A DNA stretch of 64,000 bases from Cetorhinus maximus (taxonomy: Eukaryota), in assembly GCF_964194155.1 (NCBI RefSeq), contig NC_135897.1:39556001-39620000 (forward strand). The letters are read 5' to 3'. The first letter of the stretch is position 1. Every line of letters starts with the position of its first letter. Shown one piece after another: positions 39,001 through 51,398 of the stretch. The notes below the pieces were generated by a model, which was not told the DNA's origin, made no database searches, and saw only the letters and a program-made list of their open reading frames with translations. The position numbers were made by a program, and so were the translations under genes.

Positions 39001-41678
39001 AGGTGATGGCAGGAATCTTCCAGAGAAATAGGCTTCGAGGAGGCTCAGACTTGATGCAGGCTGTTGGTCAGCCTGAAGTCCTGCTTTGATGTTTGCAGGC
39101 TAGAGTTTAAACAGCAGACTGGGTTGCAAATCTAGAAATGTAATATTAAAACTTTCCAAAGGCCAGAAGCTTAGGTCATGTGATGTTGCACATTAATTAG
39201 TAAGTTGCAGGCTAACAAGCAGTTTCTATGTCAAAATCCATTGTTTACCTCAGGAGATAAATGGTGGTTTTTAATGACTCTGTAGGTATAATGAGTTTTG
39301 ATGGCTTCCCCTTTGTTACAGGAGCAGGCTGGGTAGATGGATCATCCGCTGGTCCCTGGTTTCATTGATAGTAATGTGTCCACGCAATGAGAGGTGTGAG
39401 ATTCCACAAGGATAAGGGTTGAATTTTTGTCCTGTAACTGCTGTTGAAATTTCCAGAAACTGTAGCCAACTTGTGAATCATGTGGCCTGTAGCAGCCATC
39501 TTTTGATTCAAAAGATCCACTTTTTAAATGAGCAGAAAGGTAAGGTTTGATTTAACAGTTTATGATCTCTTTCGTGTCTTAGGGACATGACGTATGCAAT
39601 GCTAACCTAGTGTCTCGTTTGACTGAAAACTTTGGTTAATCTGGCAAAAATTGAAGAAGTTGATTGCTCATTGTTCAGTTTTGAAGAAAAAAAGTGTTTG
39701 CAAGTGATTATAAGAGAAGTTCCAGACAATATAACATTAGGCAGACTTAACTGTAAACAGCAATGGCAACAGCGTAAAAATATTTATTACCTCAACAGAA
39801 GAAAAAAGCACTGATGAGGAATTCACCCATCTGTCAACCTGTTTAGACCTGGAAACAGCAGAGGAACTATTAATAGATTTCTCGTTGTTGCTTGGCACTG
39901 CATCCTTTTTCAAGTGGATTCCAATATGATTCAATCCTTCCAAAATCCCTAGTTTGAATAATGTGGTATTTTTCTCCCTCTGGCTTTCTCTATCTGTTCC
40001 TATGTGACCCTGTAAATGAGACAATACTAGAGTGAATTTGTGTTCCTATGGTTGGCACTATTTCCATCGTAAATGATTAGTTCATTGGTTCCTTTTGAGT
40101 GCCTCAAAACATCTTATTAGTGTTTTAAAATGGAATAATTTTATGGACTGAAGAGTCATTGAATTGCAAACTGGGTTACTTCATTTTAAAATTAAAAATA
40201 GGAATCATTAATTGAGCTTGATTAAGGGATTCTTTAGCTAATTACAGCATTCTCATTTTGAGCTGAATGCATTAAAAGAGCCATCCATCAAACCGTCGGC
40301 AGAAATAAAATTGTTTCATATTTCCAGCCTACAGTTCCATACACTGAGTGCCTGTCATTTTCTTTTAATAAGACTATATAAATTACAAGAGCAGTGTCTG
40401 AACTACTTAGTCCTAATACTTTAATTGCCCATCATTGTAGTGAGCCCTATCTCACTCACCTTGAGCCCTGAACCATAAGTGAAATGGGGTCAAGCAGGAA
40501 GGGCTGGACATGCACTACTTCAGCTTTTCCACATTGCTTCATTTATAAGGTACTGGGTTTGGATAGGAGAGATTTAGGACCTTGCATGGAAAACATGTAT
40601 ATTTGGAAGTAATTTAAATTAGTAAAATAGTAAATATTTTGTTAAAATACTGATTATCACAGAATAAAAGCTTCATAGTTATGTTTGACAGCCATTTTAA
40701 CATCTTGGTGAAATAAATTTGGTTTTGAGTAATGGTTTCACCTTTTGCATGTTGAATACAATTAGTGGACAATGTAAAATGATTATCAATGATACCTTGG
40801 TCACATGACAGGAAGAGCTATTTCACTAGAAAATAATTCACCAAGTGAAAATTAACATGAAGTGTTCAGATTTACTTGACTTGTGGTACAGTATTTCTGT
40901 CAATATATAGACACAGAGAGAAACATCAACAGAAATAAAAATGCATTATTTCCGGATATAAAGTAATTTTCTTTCTAATCAAATATCGTAGAGCTTGACA
41001 ACTCATTTTGGGTTTGATGCAATTGCTTTCCCTTATCTAATAATCATTATTTTGTTATTTTTTTCAATGCTGATATATTGAGATAACAGTCATATTCCCT
41101 GGATTTGTATATATGATATCAGTAGTCTATTGAGACTACATTCTCACCGCCAGTCAAAACTCATTAAGAAGCAGCTAATTACTGTAGACATCAGCGATAT
41201 CCCAGGCCCACAGCAACACTCACTGTTTCACACCAATTACCACAATGTACATTCTCAAAGTAAGAGCAGTCACTGCACAAGTCCAATTTGTTCATGGTGA
41301 ACAACACTCACAAGTCCAATTTCATAGAAACTGCCATTGCCTAGTTACCACCTCCTTCAACGCTGCCAGCCATCAATCCCAACAGGGAATAATTCTTCCA
41401 TTTATAGACCACAACAGTTCACAAATATCTTGAAGAATTCCTGTGTTGTCCTACAGAACTAAGCAAAGATAGCAATTAGGTGGAGACAGTGGCTAATGGT
41501 AGTGTCACCAGACTATTACCTTAAATAAGTGTCCAGAGAGGTCAGTTTCTCCATATTTACTCTGTCCAGGCCACTTATGATTTTGAAAACCACTATCAAA
41601 TCTCTTCTTAACCTTCTCTTTAAGGAGGACAACCCCAGTTTCTCCAATCTATCCACATAGCTGAAGTTCTCCATTCCT

Positions 41679-42060
41679 GGGACGGTGGAGTAGTGGTAAT
41701 GTCACTGAATTGGTAATCCAGAGGCCCAGGCTAATGCTCTGGGGGCATGGGTTTAAATCCTGCCATGGCAGCTGGTGGAATTTAAATTCAATTAACAAAT
41801 CTGGCATATAAAGCTAGTTTCAGCATGATAATCATCTTCAGTTGTTGTAAAAACTCATCTGATTCACTAACGTCCTTTAGGGAAGGAAATCTGCCATCTT
41901 TACCTGGTCTGGCCTACATGTGACTCCAGACCCCTGCAATGTGGTTGACTCTTCACTGCCCTCTGAAATGGCCAAGTATGCCACTCAGTTCAAGGACAAT
42001 TAGGGATGAGCAACATATGCTGGCCATGACAGTGATGCCCACATCTCATGAAAGAAAAAA
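41679..42060 (+). mobile_element. tRNA-derived SINE (same family as 16833)
   Basis: ggtggagtagtggtaatgtcact...gggaaggaaatctgcc...caattagggatg...gcccacatc, A-rich end. Confidence 0.85.
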
Positions 42061-43179
42061 ATGTAGCCTCAGAATAGTATCGGAACCGCCAAAAGACTAT
42101 GCAGACTAAGCAATAATCAAATGTTGCTTTTTGGGGAAAGAAAAGAGAAGGAGGAATATGAGTCACATCATTACAATAACAGACAGACAATTGAGACATG
42201 CAAAATCTACTGTTTAGTAACAAACCCCTGCTTCAACAAAGCAAGGCCAACCTTAAGAAACGCCACAAAAACTAAGAATAAGAATGCAAGAAAAATGAAA
42301 AAAATATTAGAACAACTCAAACTCTTCTGTAATCAAATCTTCAGATTTTCAAAAAATCCTGTTACCAAATATCCGCAGGTTTCCAAAATTATTAGAGCTC
42401 CTGTGTAAAATGTAATGAAGAGCATAATTGAAGTCATAACAGGAAATGAAATATTGGACATGTGTAGAAAACCCTTTTCATTTCTTTCAAAACCATTTTC
42501 ATGGTGACAGAGTTCCTTTAAATGCATAATCCACAAGAAATATTTATATTTTATTTACAGTAATAACTACAGGTCAGAGCAGTTCCGACATCCACTGAAG
42601 TCATCTGTATCTGTACAATTTTGGGTGGATTCTGCACTCTGACTGGACCCTTCATGAAGCAGACATATGCCTGGAATAACTTTCATTCTGGAACCAGGTT
42701 AGAGGTGGCGCATTCAACAAAGAAAACTTCCATCTGATGAATAATTCTTAGTATACAAATTCCTGGTACAGGATTAATTAAATCTACAGTAGTCTAGTAG
42801 GGTGGGTGATAATAACATAAAGAAGTATGAAATGAGAAAAGTATTATAACCAATGAACCTTGTTGCAGACATGCACCATACCACAGACTCCCCTGTCTGT
42901 TTAATCCCTAGAAGGAAAGCTCTCATGAAAATTCTTGACATCCAAAGGGAATTGAGCAAAAACTCCACAATTATCAAATCTATTTTGTACCTAGCCAGCT
43001 GGTCTCAACAAACAATTCTTCTCACCTCCCCTAGGCATTTCACTGTGCAGAACACCTGAACCATTAGACACCAAAAAGTATGAGTTCATCTCAGTCTGCA
43101 CTTATTCTTCCAACTTTGAACCTCATTAGCAAATCAATGCCTATCCAAATCATTTTTGAAAGGGTTAATCGACATATGT

Positions 43180-44576
43180 ATTTGACGTAGTCTACTTGGA
43201 CTTCTGCAAGCCTTTTGATAAGGTCCCTCATGGAAGACTGATAATGAAGGTAAGAGCCCATGGGGTCCAAGGCAATTTAGCAAATTGGATCCAGAATTGG
43301 CTGAGTGGCAAGAAGCAGAGGATGATGGTCAAGGGGTATTTTTGTGACTGGATGGCTATGTCCGGTGGGGTTCCACAGGGATCGGTGCTGGGTTCCTTGC
43401 TGTTTGTGGTATATATAAACAATTTAGACTTGAATGTAGGAGGGTTGATCAGTAAGTTTGCGGATGACACGAAAATTGGTGGGATGGTAAATAGTGAGGA
43501 GAATAGCCTTAGATTACAGGAGGATATAGACGGGCTGGTCGGATGCGCTGATCAGAGGCAAATGGAATTTAATCCGGATAAGTGTGAGGTGATGCACCTG
43601 AGCAGGACAAACAATGCAAGGGAATACATGATGAATGGTAGGACTCTGGGAAGTACTGAGGATCAGAGGGACCTTAAGGTAGTGGGACAAGTAGATAAGG
43701 TGGCTAAGAAGGCATATGGGATACTTGCCTTTATTAGCCAAGGCATAGAATATAAGAGCAGGGAGGTTATGCTGAAACTGTATAAAATGTTGGTTAAGCC
43801 ACAGCTAGGGTATTGCATGCAGTTCTGGAATCCGCATTATATAAAGGATGTGATTGCTCCAGAGATAGTGCAGAGGAAATTTACCAGGATGTTGCCTGGG
43901 CTGGAGAGTTTTAGTTATGAGGAGAGATTGGATAGACTGGGGTCATTTTCCCTGGAGCAGAGGAGATTGAGGGGGGGCATGATTGAGATGTATAAAACTA
44001 TGAGGGGCATAGATAGGGTAGTTAGGAAGGAACTTTTCCCCTTGGTGGAGGGGTCAATAACCAGATTGCATAGATTTAAGGTAAGGGGCAGGAGGTTTAG
44101 AGGGGATGTGAGGAAGAGTTTTTTCACCTAGAGGGTGGTGGGAATCTGGAACTCACTACCTGAAAGGGTGGTAGAAGCAGAAACCCTCATAACATTTAAG
44201 AAGTATTTGGATGTGCACTTGTGATGCCATGGCACACAAGGCTATGGGCCTAGTACTGGGAAATGGGATTAGAATAGTCAGGTCTGGCAGCATCGGCGGA
44301 GAAGAAAAGAGTTGACCTTTCGAGTATAAATATATTTCACCCATCTCCTAATATTACTCAGTTCTGTTGAAGGGTCATGAGGACTCGAAACGTCAATTCT
44401 TTTCTTCTCTGCCGATGCTGCCAGACCTGCTGAGTTTTTCCAGGTAATTCTGTTTTTGTTTTGGATTTCCAGCATCCGCAGTTTTTTGTTTTTATTAGAA
44501 TAGTCAGGTACTTGTTTAACCGGTACAGACTCGATGGGCTGAAGGGCCTTTTTCTGTGCTGCAGACCTCTATGACT
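43180..44576 (+). mobile_element. CR1 LINE 3' part with a 311-aa open RT segment (43196-44131)
   Basis: DFCKPFDKVPH, GVPQGSVLG, KFADDTK, QRRLRGGMIEMYK motifs; tail gactcgatgggctgaagggcc...ctatgactc. Confidence 0.92.
44284..44493. mobile_element. Inverted Penelope terminus pair nested in the CR1 3' end; hammerhead motif at 44360-44398
   Basis: 16-bp direct repeat ATTAGAATAGTCAGGT (44268-44283, 44494-44509); AGTT-CTGTTGA-A-GGGTC-ATGAG-GACTC-GAAA-CGTC-AATT. Confidence 0.85.
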
Positions 44577-45511
44577 CCTCAACATCAACTAACCTTTTTT
44601 GTAGTGTATTCCAGTGAAGCCTTTGTAATTTATAGTGGTGCATCAGTCTTGTCCATGGTTAATTAATGAGTTTGGATCTATACTCGCTTAGTCATGAAGT
44701 AGAAGCATAGAATGATATAGGGCAGCAGGCTGTCAATCCTTGAAAGAGTTATCCAATTAATCTTATTCCCCTGCTCTTTCCCCAAAGCCCTGCAAATTTT
44801 CCCCTTCATGTATTTATCCAATTCCCTTTTGAAATTTATCACTGGATTTCTTTCCATCAGCCTTTCAGACTGTTTATTCCAGATCATAACAAATTACTGT
44901 TTTATATCTCATGTCGACTCTCTTTTTTTACCCAAAAACTTTAAAGCTTTATCCTCTGGTTACAAAACTTCGCCACTGGAAACAGATTTTCTTTTAGTTA
45001 GTTTATCAAAATCATTCATGATTTTGAACATTTTTATCAAACCTCTCCTTATCCTTCTCTGCTCTATGGAGAACAACTCCATTTTCTCTAGTCTCTCCAT
45101 GTGATTTGGAGTCTTTCATCTCTGGGAACATTCCAGTAAATCTCCTCTACACCCTCTCTAAGGCCTTGAAATTTCCTCTAAATTGTGGTGCGCAGAAATA
45201 TCTACAATGATGCCTAAACAATGTTCTATAAAAGCTTAGCATAACTTCCTTGCTTTGAAGTGACTGCTACATTATTGGAGATGCCATCTTTCGGATAAAC
45301 TTTTAAACTGAGGCTGCGTCTGCTCTGTCAGGTGAACATAAAAGATCACATTGCACTATTTTGAAGAAGAACAGGGGAATTTTCCCAGGTGCCTTAGAAA
45401 ATATTTAACCCTCAATCAACATAATTAAAAAAACAGATTATCTGTTCAAAACAAAAACAAAAATACCTGGAAAAACTCAGCAGGACTGGCAGCATCTGCG
45501 GATAGGATCAC

Positions 45512-45550
45512 AGTTAACGTTTCGAGTCCGAATGACCCTTCAACAGAACT
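45512..45550 (-). ncRNA. Hammerhead ribozyme motif in the Penelope 3' terminal repeat
   Basis: Minus strand AGTT-CTGTTGA-A-GGGTC-ATTCG-GACTC-GAAA-CGTT-AACT. Confidence 0.72.
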
Positions 45551-45929
45551 AAGTAAAAATAGAAGAGAGGTGAAATATAAGCTGGTTTAAGGGGACTGGG
45601 ACAAGTAGAGCTGGATAAAGGGCCAGTGATAGGTGGAGATAACCAAAAGATGTCACAGACAAAAGGTCAAAGAGGTGTTGAAGGTGGTGATATTATCTAA
45701 GGAATGTGCTAATTAAGGGTAGAAAGCAGGACAAGCAAGGTACAGATAGCCCTAGTGGGGGTGGGGTGGGGTGAAGGAATCGAAAAAGGCTAAAAGGTAG
45801 AGATAAAACAATGGATGGAAATACATTTAAAAATAATGGAAATAGGTGGGAAAAGAAAAATCTATATAAATTATTGGAAAAAAAAGGGGGGGAATCAGAA
45901 AGGGGGTGGGGATGGAGGAGAGAGTTCAT

Positions 45930-47210
45930 GATCTAAAATTGTTGAACTCAATATTCAGACCGAAAGGCTGTGAAGTGCCTAGTCAGAAGATGAGGTGCTG
46001 TTCTTCCAGTTTGCGTTGAGCTTCACTGGAACAATGCAGCAGGCCAAGGACGGACATGTGGGCATGAGAGCAGGGTGGAGTATTGAAATGGCAAGCGACA
46101 GGGAGGTCTGGGTAATGCTTGCGGACAGACCGAAGGTGTTCTGCAAAGCGGTCACCCAGTTTGTGTTTGGTCTCTCCAATGTAGAGGAAATCGCATTGGG
46201 AGCAATGAATCCTGTAGACTAAATTAAGGGAAGTGCAAGTGAAATGCTGCTTCACTTGAAAGGAGTGTTTCGGCCCTTGGACGGTGAGGAGAGGGGAAGT
46301 AAAGGGGCAGGTGTTGCACCTTCTGCGGTTGCATGGGAAGGTGCCGTGGGAGGGGGCTGAGGTGTAGGGGGTGATGGAGGAGTGGACCAGGGACTCCCGG
46401 AGGGAATGATCCCTGCGGAATGCCGCCGGGGGTTGAAGGGAAGATGTGTTTGGTGGTGGCATTATGCTGGAGTTGGCGGAAATGGTGGAGGATGATCCTT
46501 TGAATGCGGAGGCTGGTGGGGTGATAAGTGAGGACAAGGGGGACCCTATCATGTTTCTGGGAGGGAGAGGAAGGTGTGAGGGCGGATGCGCGGGAGATGG
46601 GCCGGACACGGTTGAGGGCCCTGTCAACCACCGTGGGTGGAAAACCTCGGTTAAGGAAGAAGGAAGACATGTCAGAGGAACTGTTTTTGAAAGTGGCATC
46701 ATCAGAACAGATGCGACGGAGGCAAAGAAACTGAGAGAATGGGATGGAGTCCTTACAGGAAGCGGGGTGTGAGGAGCTGTAGTCGAGGTAGCTGTGGGAG
46801 TCGGTAGGCTTGTAATGGATATTGGTGGACAGTCTATCACCGGAAATTGAGACAGAGAGGTCAAGGAAGGGAAGGGAAGTGTCAGAGATGGACCATGTGA
46901 AAATGATGGAGGGGTGAAAATTGGAAGCAAAATTAATAAATTTTTCCAGGTCCAGATGAGAGCATGAAGCAGCACCGAAGTAATCAAATATGTACCGAAG
47001 AAAGAGTTGTGGGAGGGGGCCGGAGTAGGACCGGAACAAGGAATGTTCCACATACCCCTTAAAGAGACGGGCATAGCTGGGGCCCATGCGGGTACCCATA
47101 GCCACACCTTTTATTTGGAGTAAGTGAGAGGAGTTTAAGGAGAAATTGTTCAGTGTGAAAACAAGTTCAGCCAGACGGAGGAGAGTAGTGGTGGATGGGG
47201 ATTGTTTGGG
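45930..47210 (-). pseudogene. Penelope RT/GIY-YIG ORF, frameshifted
   Basis: AMGTRMGPSYA; RYIFD (YIDD mutated); LPFLDL; YKPTDSHSYLDYSSSHP; after a frameshift CNRRRCNTC...VYRIHC...YIGET...RFAEH...HFN. Confidence 0.9.
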
Positions 47211-47630
47211 CCTTTGTTCACTTTGGTCTTACTGTTTGTGGAAGCATGCTGTTCACAAATGGCCTGTCACATTTCTACATTACAACAGGGACTGCCAATC
47301 ATTTGTGGTAAAGCACTTTGGGACACCCTAAGGTCATGAATGGTGCTATATTAATGCAGTCTTTCCTTTTCTATACTCTATGGGCTGAATTTTCTGGTTG
47401 GTGGGGGAGGCGGAGTGGGAACGGGTGCAGACCCGATCACCGCCTGCAATCGGGTCCGCGCCGCCATTTTACGCAGGCGGTCCAATTAAGGCCCACCCAG
47501 CATAATGCATGACTCCTGAGGATAGTGGGAGTGGTCAGGCGGCAGCGGGAGTGCACTGTCCGCAATGTCCAATAGCGACCCGGCAGCCTGTTTATATGAA
47601 GCACTGGGAGCCTTTGCAAGGCTGCTCACA

Positions 47631-49738
47631 ATGGCAAGTGGAAGGGCTCACCAGAGGGCTTCTGGTGAGCAGGCCAGTCCGGAGGGTAGGCCAGTGGAAC
47701 AGGCCAGACTGGAGGGTAGGGCAGCAAGACAGGCCAGGCCGGAGGGTAGGGTAGGGGGCCAGTGTGCCCCTCGTTTCTCAGATGACTGCCTTGCTGCCTT
47801 CCTCGAGGAGGTGGCAGCACGATGGGAGGTGCAGGTTCCCCAGGACGGGAGGGGGAGGCCCCCCCACATGACGAAACGTGCCTGGGAGGAGGTGGCGGAG
47901 GTGGTGAGCTCCCACGACGTGTTGTGGTGCACCTGGATCCAGTGTCGCAAGCGCTTCAACGAATTGTTGTGCTCTGGCAGGGTGAGTACCATGTTGGCAT
48001 TGATCATTTAACCCAGCAGGTCGGCTTACCCCCCCTGCTGCCACCCCCACCCCCCTGCCCCCACCCCCAAGCCTAAGTGTCGAGACTGCATTGAATAATT
48101 GACGGCATTTGTCTTTTTTTGGGTGGGCCAGCAGACTGGTTTGGGGGCAACCTGGAGGAGCTGCACCTAGTCGCAGTGCTTGAACTCCAGGACATGTCCA
48201 AGTCAGGGTGATGAGATGCTGGGAGGGGAGCTTCAAGGTGGCGTGGCAACGAACCATCTGCTGCCCTCTGCGCTCCATGTGCTTGCGTCTCCTCGCTATG
48301 GAAGGATATACCGTGTGGTGCCGAATGTGGTGTAGGCAGCATGTGGCCAAGTTGGGGGGAGGGGGCGGGGGGTGGGGGGGGTGGCGGGGTAATAGGCCTA
48401 GCATCTTTGTGTGAGTGTTCGGCAGCAGCAAGGTGAGGAGGCATTGGAGCCCTGGTGTGTTCCACTCTGGTTGGGGTGGGCCGTGGGCAAAATGAGACCA
48501 TGTGCAATTTGCACAAATCAATGCTCGTCTCTCATTTTCAGGAGAAGAATGCTCACAACGCGGCGGAGCGTGCAAGGACTGGCGGCGGCCAGGCGCAGAT
48601 CGCCATTCTTAGCCAGTTTGAGCAGGATGCTCTGGATCTGGAGAGGCGCCATGTGCCCAGGTCCACCAGTGTCAGTGAGGCTGGGGTGCTATGGCCAGGT
48701 ATTTATGCCCAGCAGTGAGTTCAGCATTGTTCTCCCAACAGCCATAGCAGTGCAGAACATTCATTGATTTAACTTTGCAACATGGCTTGACCATTGATTA
48801 TGGAAGGATGAGCACGTAATGATCCAGGGACAGGGATGCACTTTGACATTGTCTCCATGTTAACTGATCCACTGTCCTTGTTCTTCCTTTCAGCATCATC
48901 AGAGCAGGGCCGGGAGGAGGAGCAGCAGATGTCCCCTCTAACACCTGAGGGGCCTGACGTCTCACCAGCGTCACATCATTTCTGCGAGGCAGGCACCTGC
49001 GCAGATACTAGCACCTCGGTGGGAGTTAGAACATCGGCTAGTGTCCCGGGGCACAGCGATGAGGGCACTTCACAGTTGCTGGAGCAGCTGGCAGAGACAG
49101 AGAGTGCCCATGGCGCCGGCAGTCGGAGGACTGCAGGGGACCAGGCACATGCTCAGTCGGTGGCTGATGATGTGCCTCTGGAGTCGTCCGCGACGCAGCA
49201 GGTGCAGGAAATGCGGCCGGGTGTGCGGGAGCATCTGGGGGAGATACATGAGGCTATGCTTGGCTTGGTCTCCGTGGTGAAGGAGTCTACGCGAACGATC
49301 ACCGAAACAATGAGCCATATGTCCGAGCACTATGCATCTTCCATGGAGAGACTGGCAACTCTCGTGGAGAGGGTCCTCCAGGAGACCCGTCAGGGCTCCC
49401 TGGGGATGTGCTCTGACCAGCAAACCCTCACATCAGCATTGACCTCAGCTGGTCAGTGCCAGTGTGGGAGATGGTTTGGGCATCAACCTTCCCAGCTCGG
49501 TGCCCATCCATCTATGGTGAGCAGGGAGATCCGAAGAGACCTCATGTCGGCGCAGCAGCTGCCTGTCGTCTCTACGGGCACCTCTCAGGGCGCTCTGAAT
49601 GAAGGCGGCAGCTCCTCTGCCCCTCTGCCAGTGACTGTAGCATCCGGTGAGGCTGCAACAACTGGGGAGATGCCAGCTGTGGAACTGGCAGCTCACTCCC
49701 AGGTGGGGCCAGCACTGGCTCCACGGGCCAGAGGATGA
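47631..49738 (+). CDS. Harbinger Myb/SANT-like DNA-binding protein, exons 47631-47981, 48542-48698, 48894-49738
   Basis: APRFSDDCLAAFLEEV...AWEEVAEVV...TWIQCRKRFNEL|EKNAHNAAERARTGGG. GT-AG junctions are phase-consistent (0 then 1) with no internal stop; TATA-like TTTATAT at 47591. Confidence 0.85.
47667..47756 (+). repeat. 3 x 30-bp coding tandem repeat in Myb exon 1
   Basis: caggccag.c.ggagggtagg units encoding QA[SR][PL]EGR. Confidence 0.8.
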
Positions 49739-50169
49739 CCGCCAAGGTCATCGAGGCCAACAGGACAGCAGAGTGAGCAAGCTGTCTCAGATGCCACTCC
49801 AAGCGATGAGGCAGCAGCCAGAAACAAAAACATAAGGCACCTTAGTCATACCACGGGTTTTTCACTGGTGCTTTTGTGTTGGCCAAAATGAGGTTCTTAT
49901 GATTTGTTTTGAGTTGTAACATTATTGTCTTTTTTTTGGAATAAGTTTGTTTGCTTGACATATTAAATTCAGATATGTCACCATGGCTGAGGTTGCCTCT
50001 TGTCTTCTGCATATGGATGGTTTCTAAAAATGTAATGAGTGTTTTGCTGGACATTCAGCTTTATTGACAAGGCCCTTAGTTACTGTTCCTAACCTGGCAG
50101 ATTTCGCACTTAGGTATCGAGTGTGGAGCCTACAGTCCAGGCTTGTCCTGGAGGTCCATCTGTGTTGTG

Positions 50170-51398
50170 CTAGCTGAAGGTTCATTGGATTAAAGCCTCC
50201 TGGGTGTCCCTGCCTCCCTGGAGTATGCCCGGGTCAGCATCTACCCCCTCAGCATTCTCCTGTGCGTGCTCATCCTCGACTCACTCCTGGACTCATCGTG
50301 TGCAGCTGCAGCCACTGCGTCGACGTCTTCGTCGTCCACTTTCCAGCGCAAGATTGTGGAGAGCGCAGCATGCAACCACTATCACCGAGATACGATCTGG
50401 GGGGTACTGGAGTGCGCCCCCTAAGCGGTCCAGGCATCGGAAGTGCATCTTGAGACCCCGATGGTTCTCTCCACCATAGCCCTTGTGGAGCCGTGGCTCC
50501 TATTGTAACGCAGCTCAGCCTCTGTTCTTGGATGGCGGAGAGGCGTCATGAGCCACCTTCTGAGGGGATAGCCCTTGCCACCCAGCAGCCATCCATCCAG
50601 CCGGGCTGGAGCACTGAAGAACCCCGGTACCTGGGAGTGTCTGAGGATGTAGGCATCATGGGAGCTGCCTGGGTACCTTGCACAGACTTGTAGAATCAGC
50701 ATCCTGTGATCACACACTATCCGCACGTTCAGGGAGTAGAAGCCCTTCCTGTTGACGAAGGCACCGGACTCACCTGCTGGCGCCTTGATGGCCACATGTG
50801 TGCAGTCTATTGTACCCTGGATGTGGGGGAAGCCAGCAATGGCCGCAAAGCCTCTGGCTCGCTCTGTCTGGCTTGGCTGGTCCCAATGGTCGTGGATAAA
50901 GGTCATTGCACGCCTGAACAGAGTGTCTGTGACCTGCTTGACACAAGTGTGGACAGCTGATTGGGAAACACCGTAAAGATCACCCACCGACACCTGGAAG
51001 GAGCCAGAGGTATAGAAGTTGAGGGCAGCTGTGACGTTCAGAGCCACTGGCATGAGGTGTCCCCCCACACAGTTGGCGCAGATCTCAGGCCCAAACATCT
51101 GACAGATATAGTTGATTGTCTCCCTTGAGAGACAGAGCCTCCTTCGGCATTGCACCTCAGTCATAATGAGGCAGCTGCTTTGCCACCAGTTTACCCTGGC
51201 AGCAGGATAGTGGCGCCTTCTGCGGCCCCTTCCGCCTTGGTCCACCTTTTGGTCCTGCACCCCTTGTGCCTGAGCCTGTCCTCCCAAAGGTGGCTCCCCT
51301 GGAGACTGAATGTGCACTCCTGGCCTCCTCCCCTTTCTAGCCCTCCCTTCCTCCTCAGAGGAGCTGCCTCCAGTGGACGTGTCAGAACCCATTCCCAT
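50170..51398 (-). pseudogene. HARBI1-like DDE_Tnp_4 transposase, inactivated
   Basis: ALNFYTSGSFQ, GTIDCTHV, NRKGFYSLN, PGSSHDA, LLGGKGY (catalytic D to G), VERTIG, then a frameshift to LKMHFRCLDR...CCALHN, acidic tail and TAG at 50170. Confidence 0.92.

Larger units (their letters stand above)
45449..47220 (-). mobile_element. 5'-truncated Penelope-like retroelement
   Basis: RT C-terminus plus GIY-YIG endonuclease, pyrimidine-rich 3' UTR, terminal hammerhead-bearing repeat; TGTTCA at both junctions. Confidence 0.92.
45258..47370 (+). mobile_element. Deu-type SINE split by the Penelope insertion (45258-45448 and 47221-47370)
   Basis: acagattatctgttca resumes as ...ctgtttgtggaagcatgct...aaagcactttgggac...tgcagtctttcc. 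Confidence 0.75.

Noticed and set aside
45983-47107. 374-aa ORF as a single novel protein
   Set aside because: Its N-terminal part is an off-frame reading of the Penelope RT; only the C-terminal GIY-YIG part is real.
47778-48575. 265-aa minus-strand ORF
   Set aside because: Antisense to GC-rich Myb exon 1 and intron 1; no motifs.
50170-51398. Domesticated host gene HARBI1
   Set aside because: It lies within TIRs and a TSD next to a Myb partner and has a catalytic mutation and frameshifts, so it is a transposon copy.
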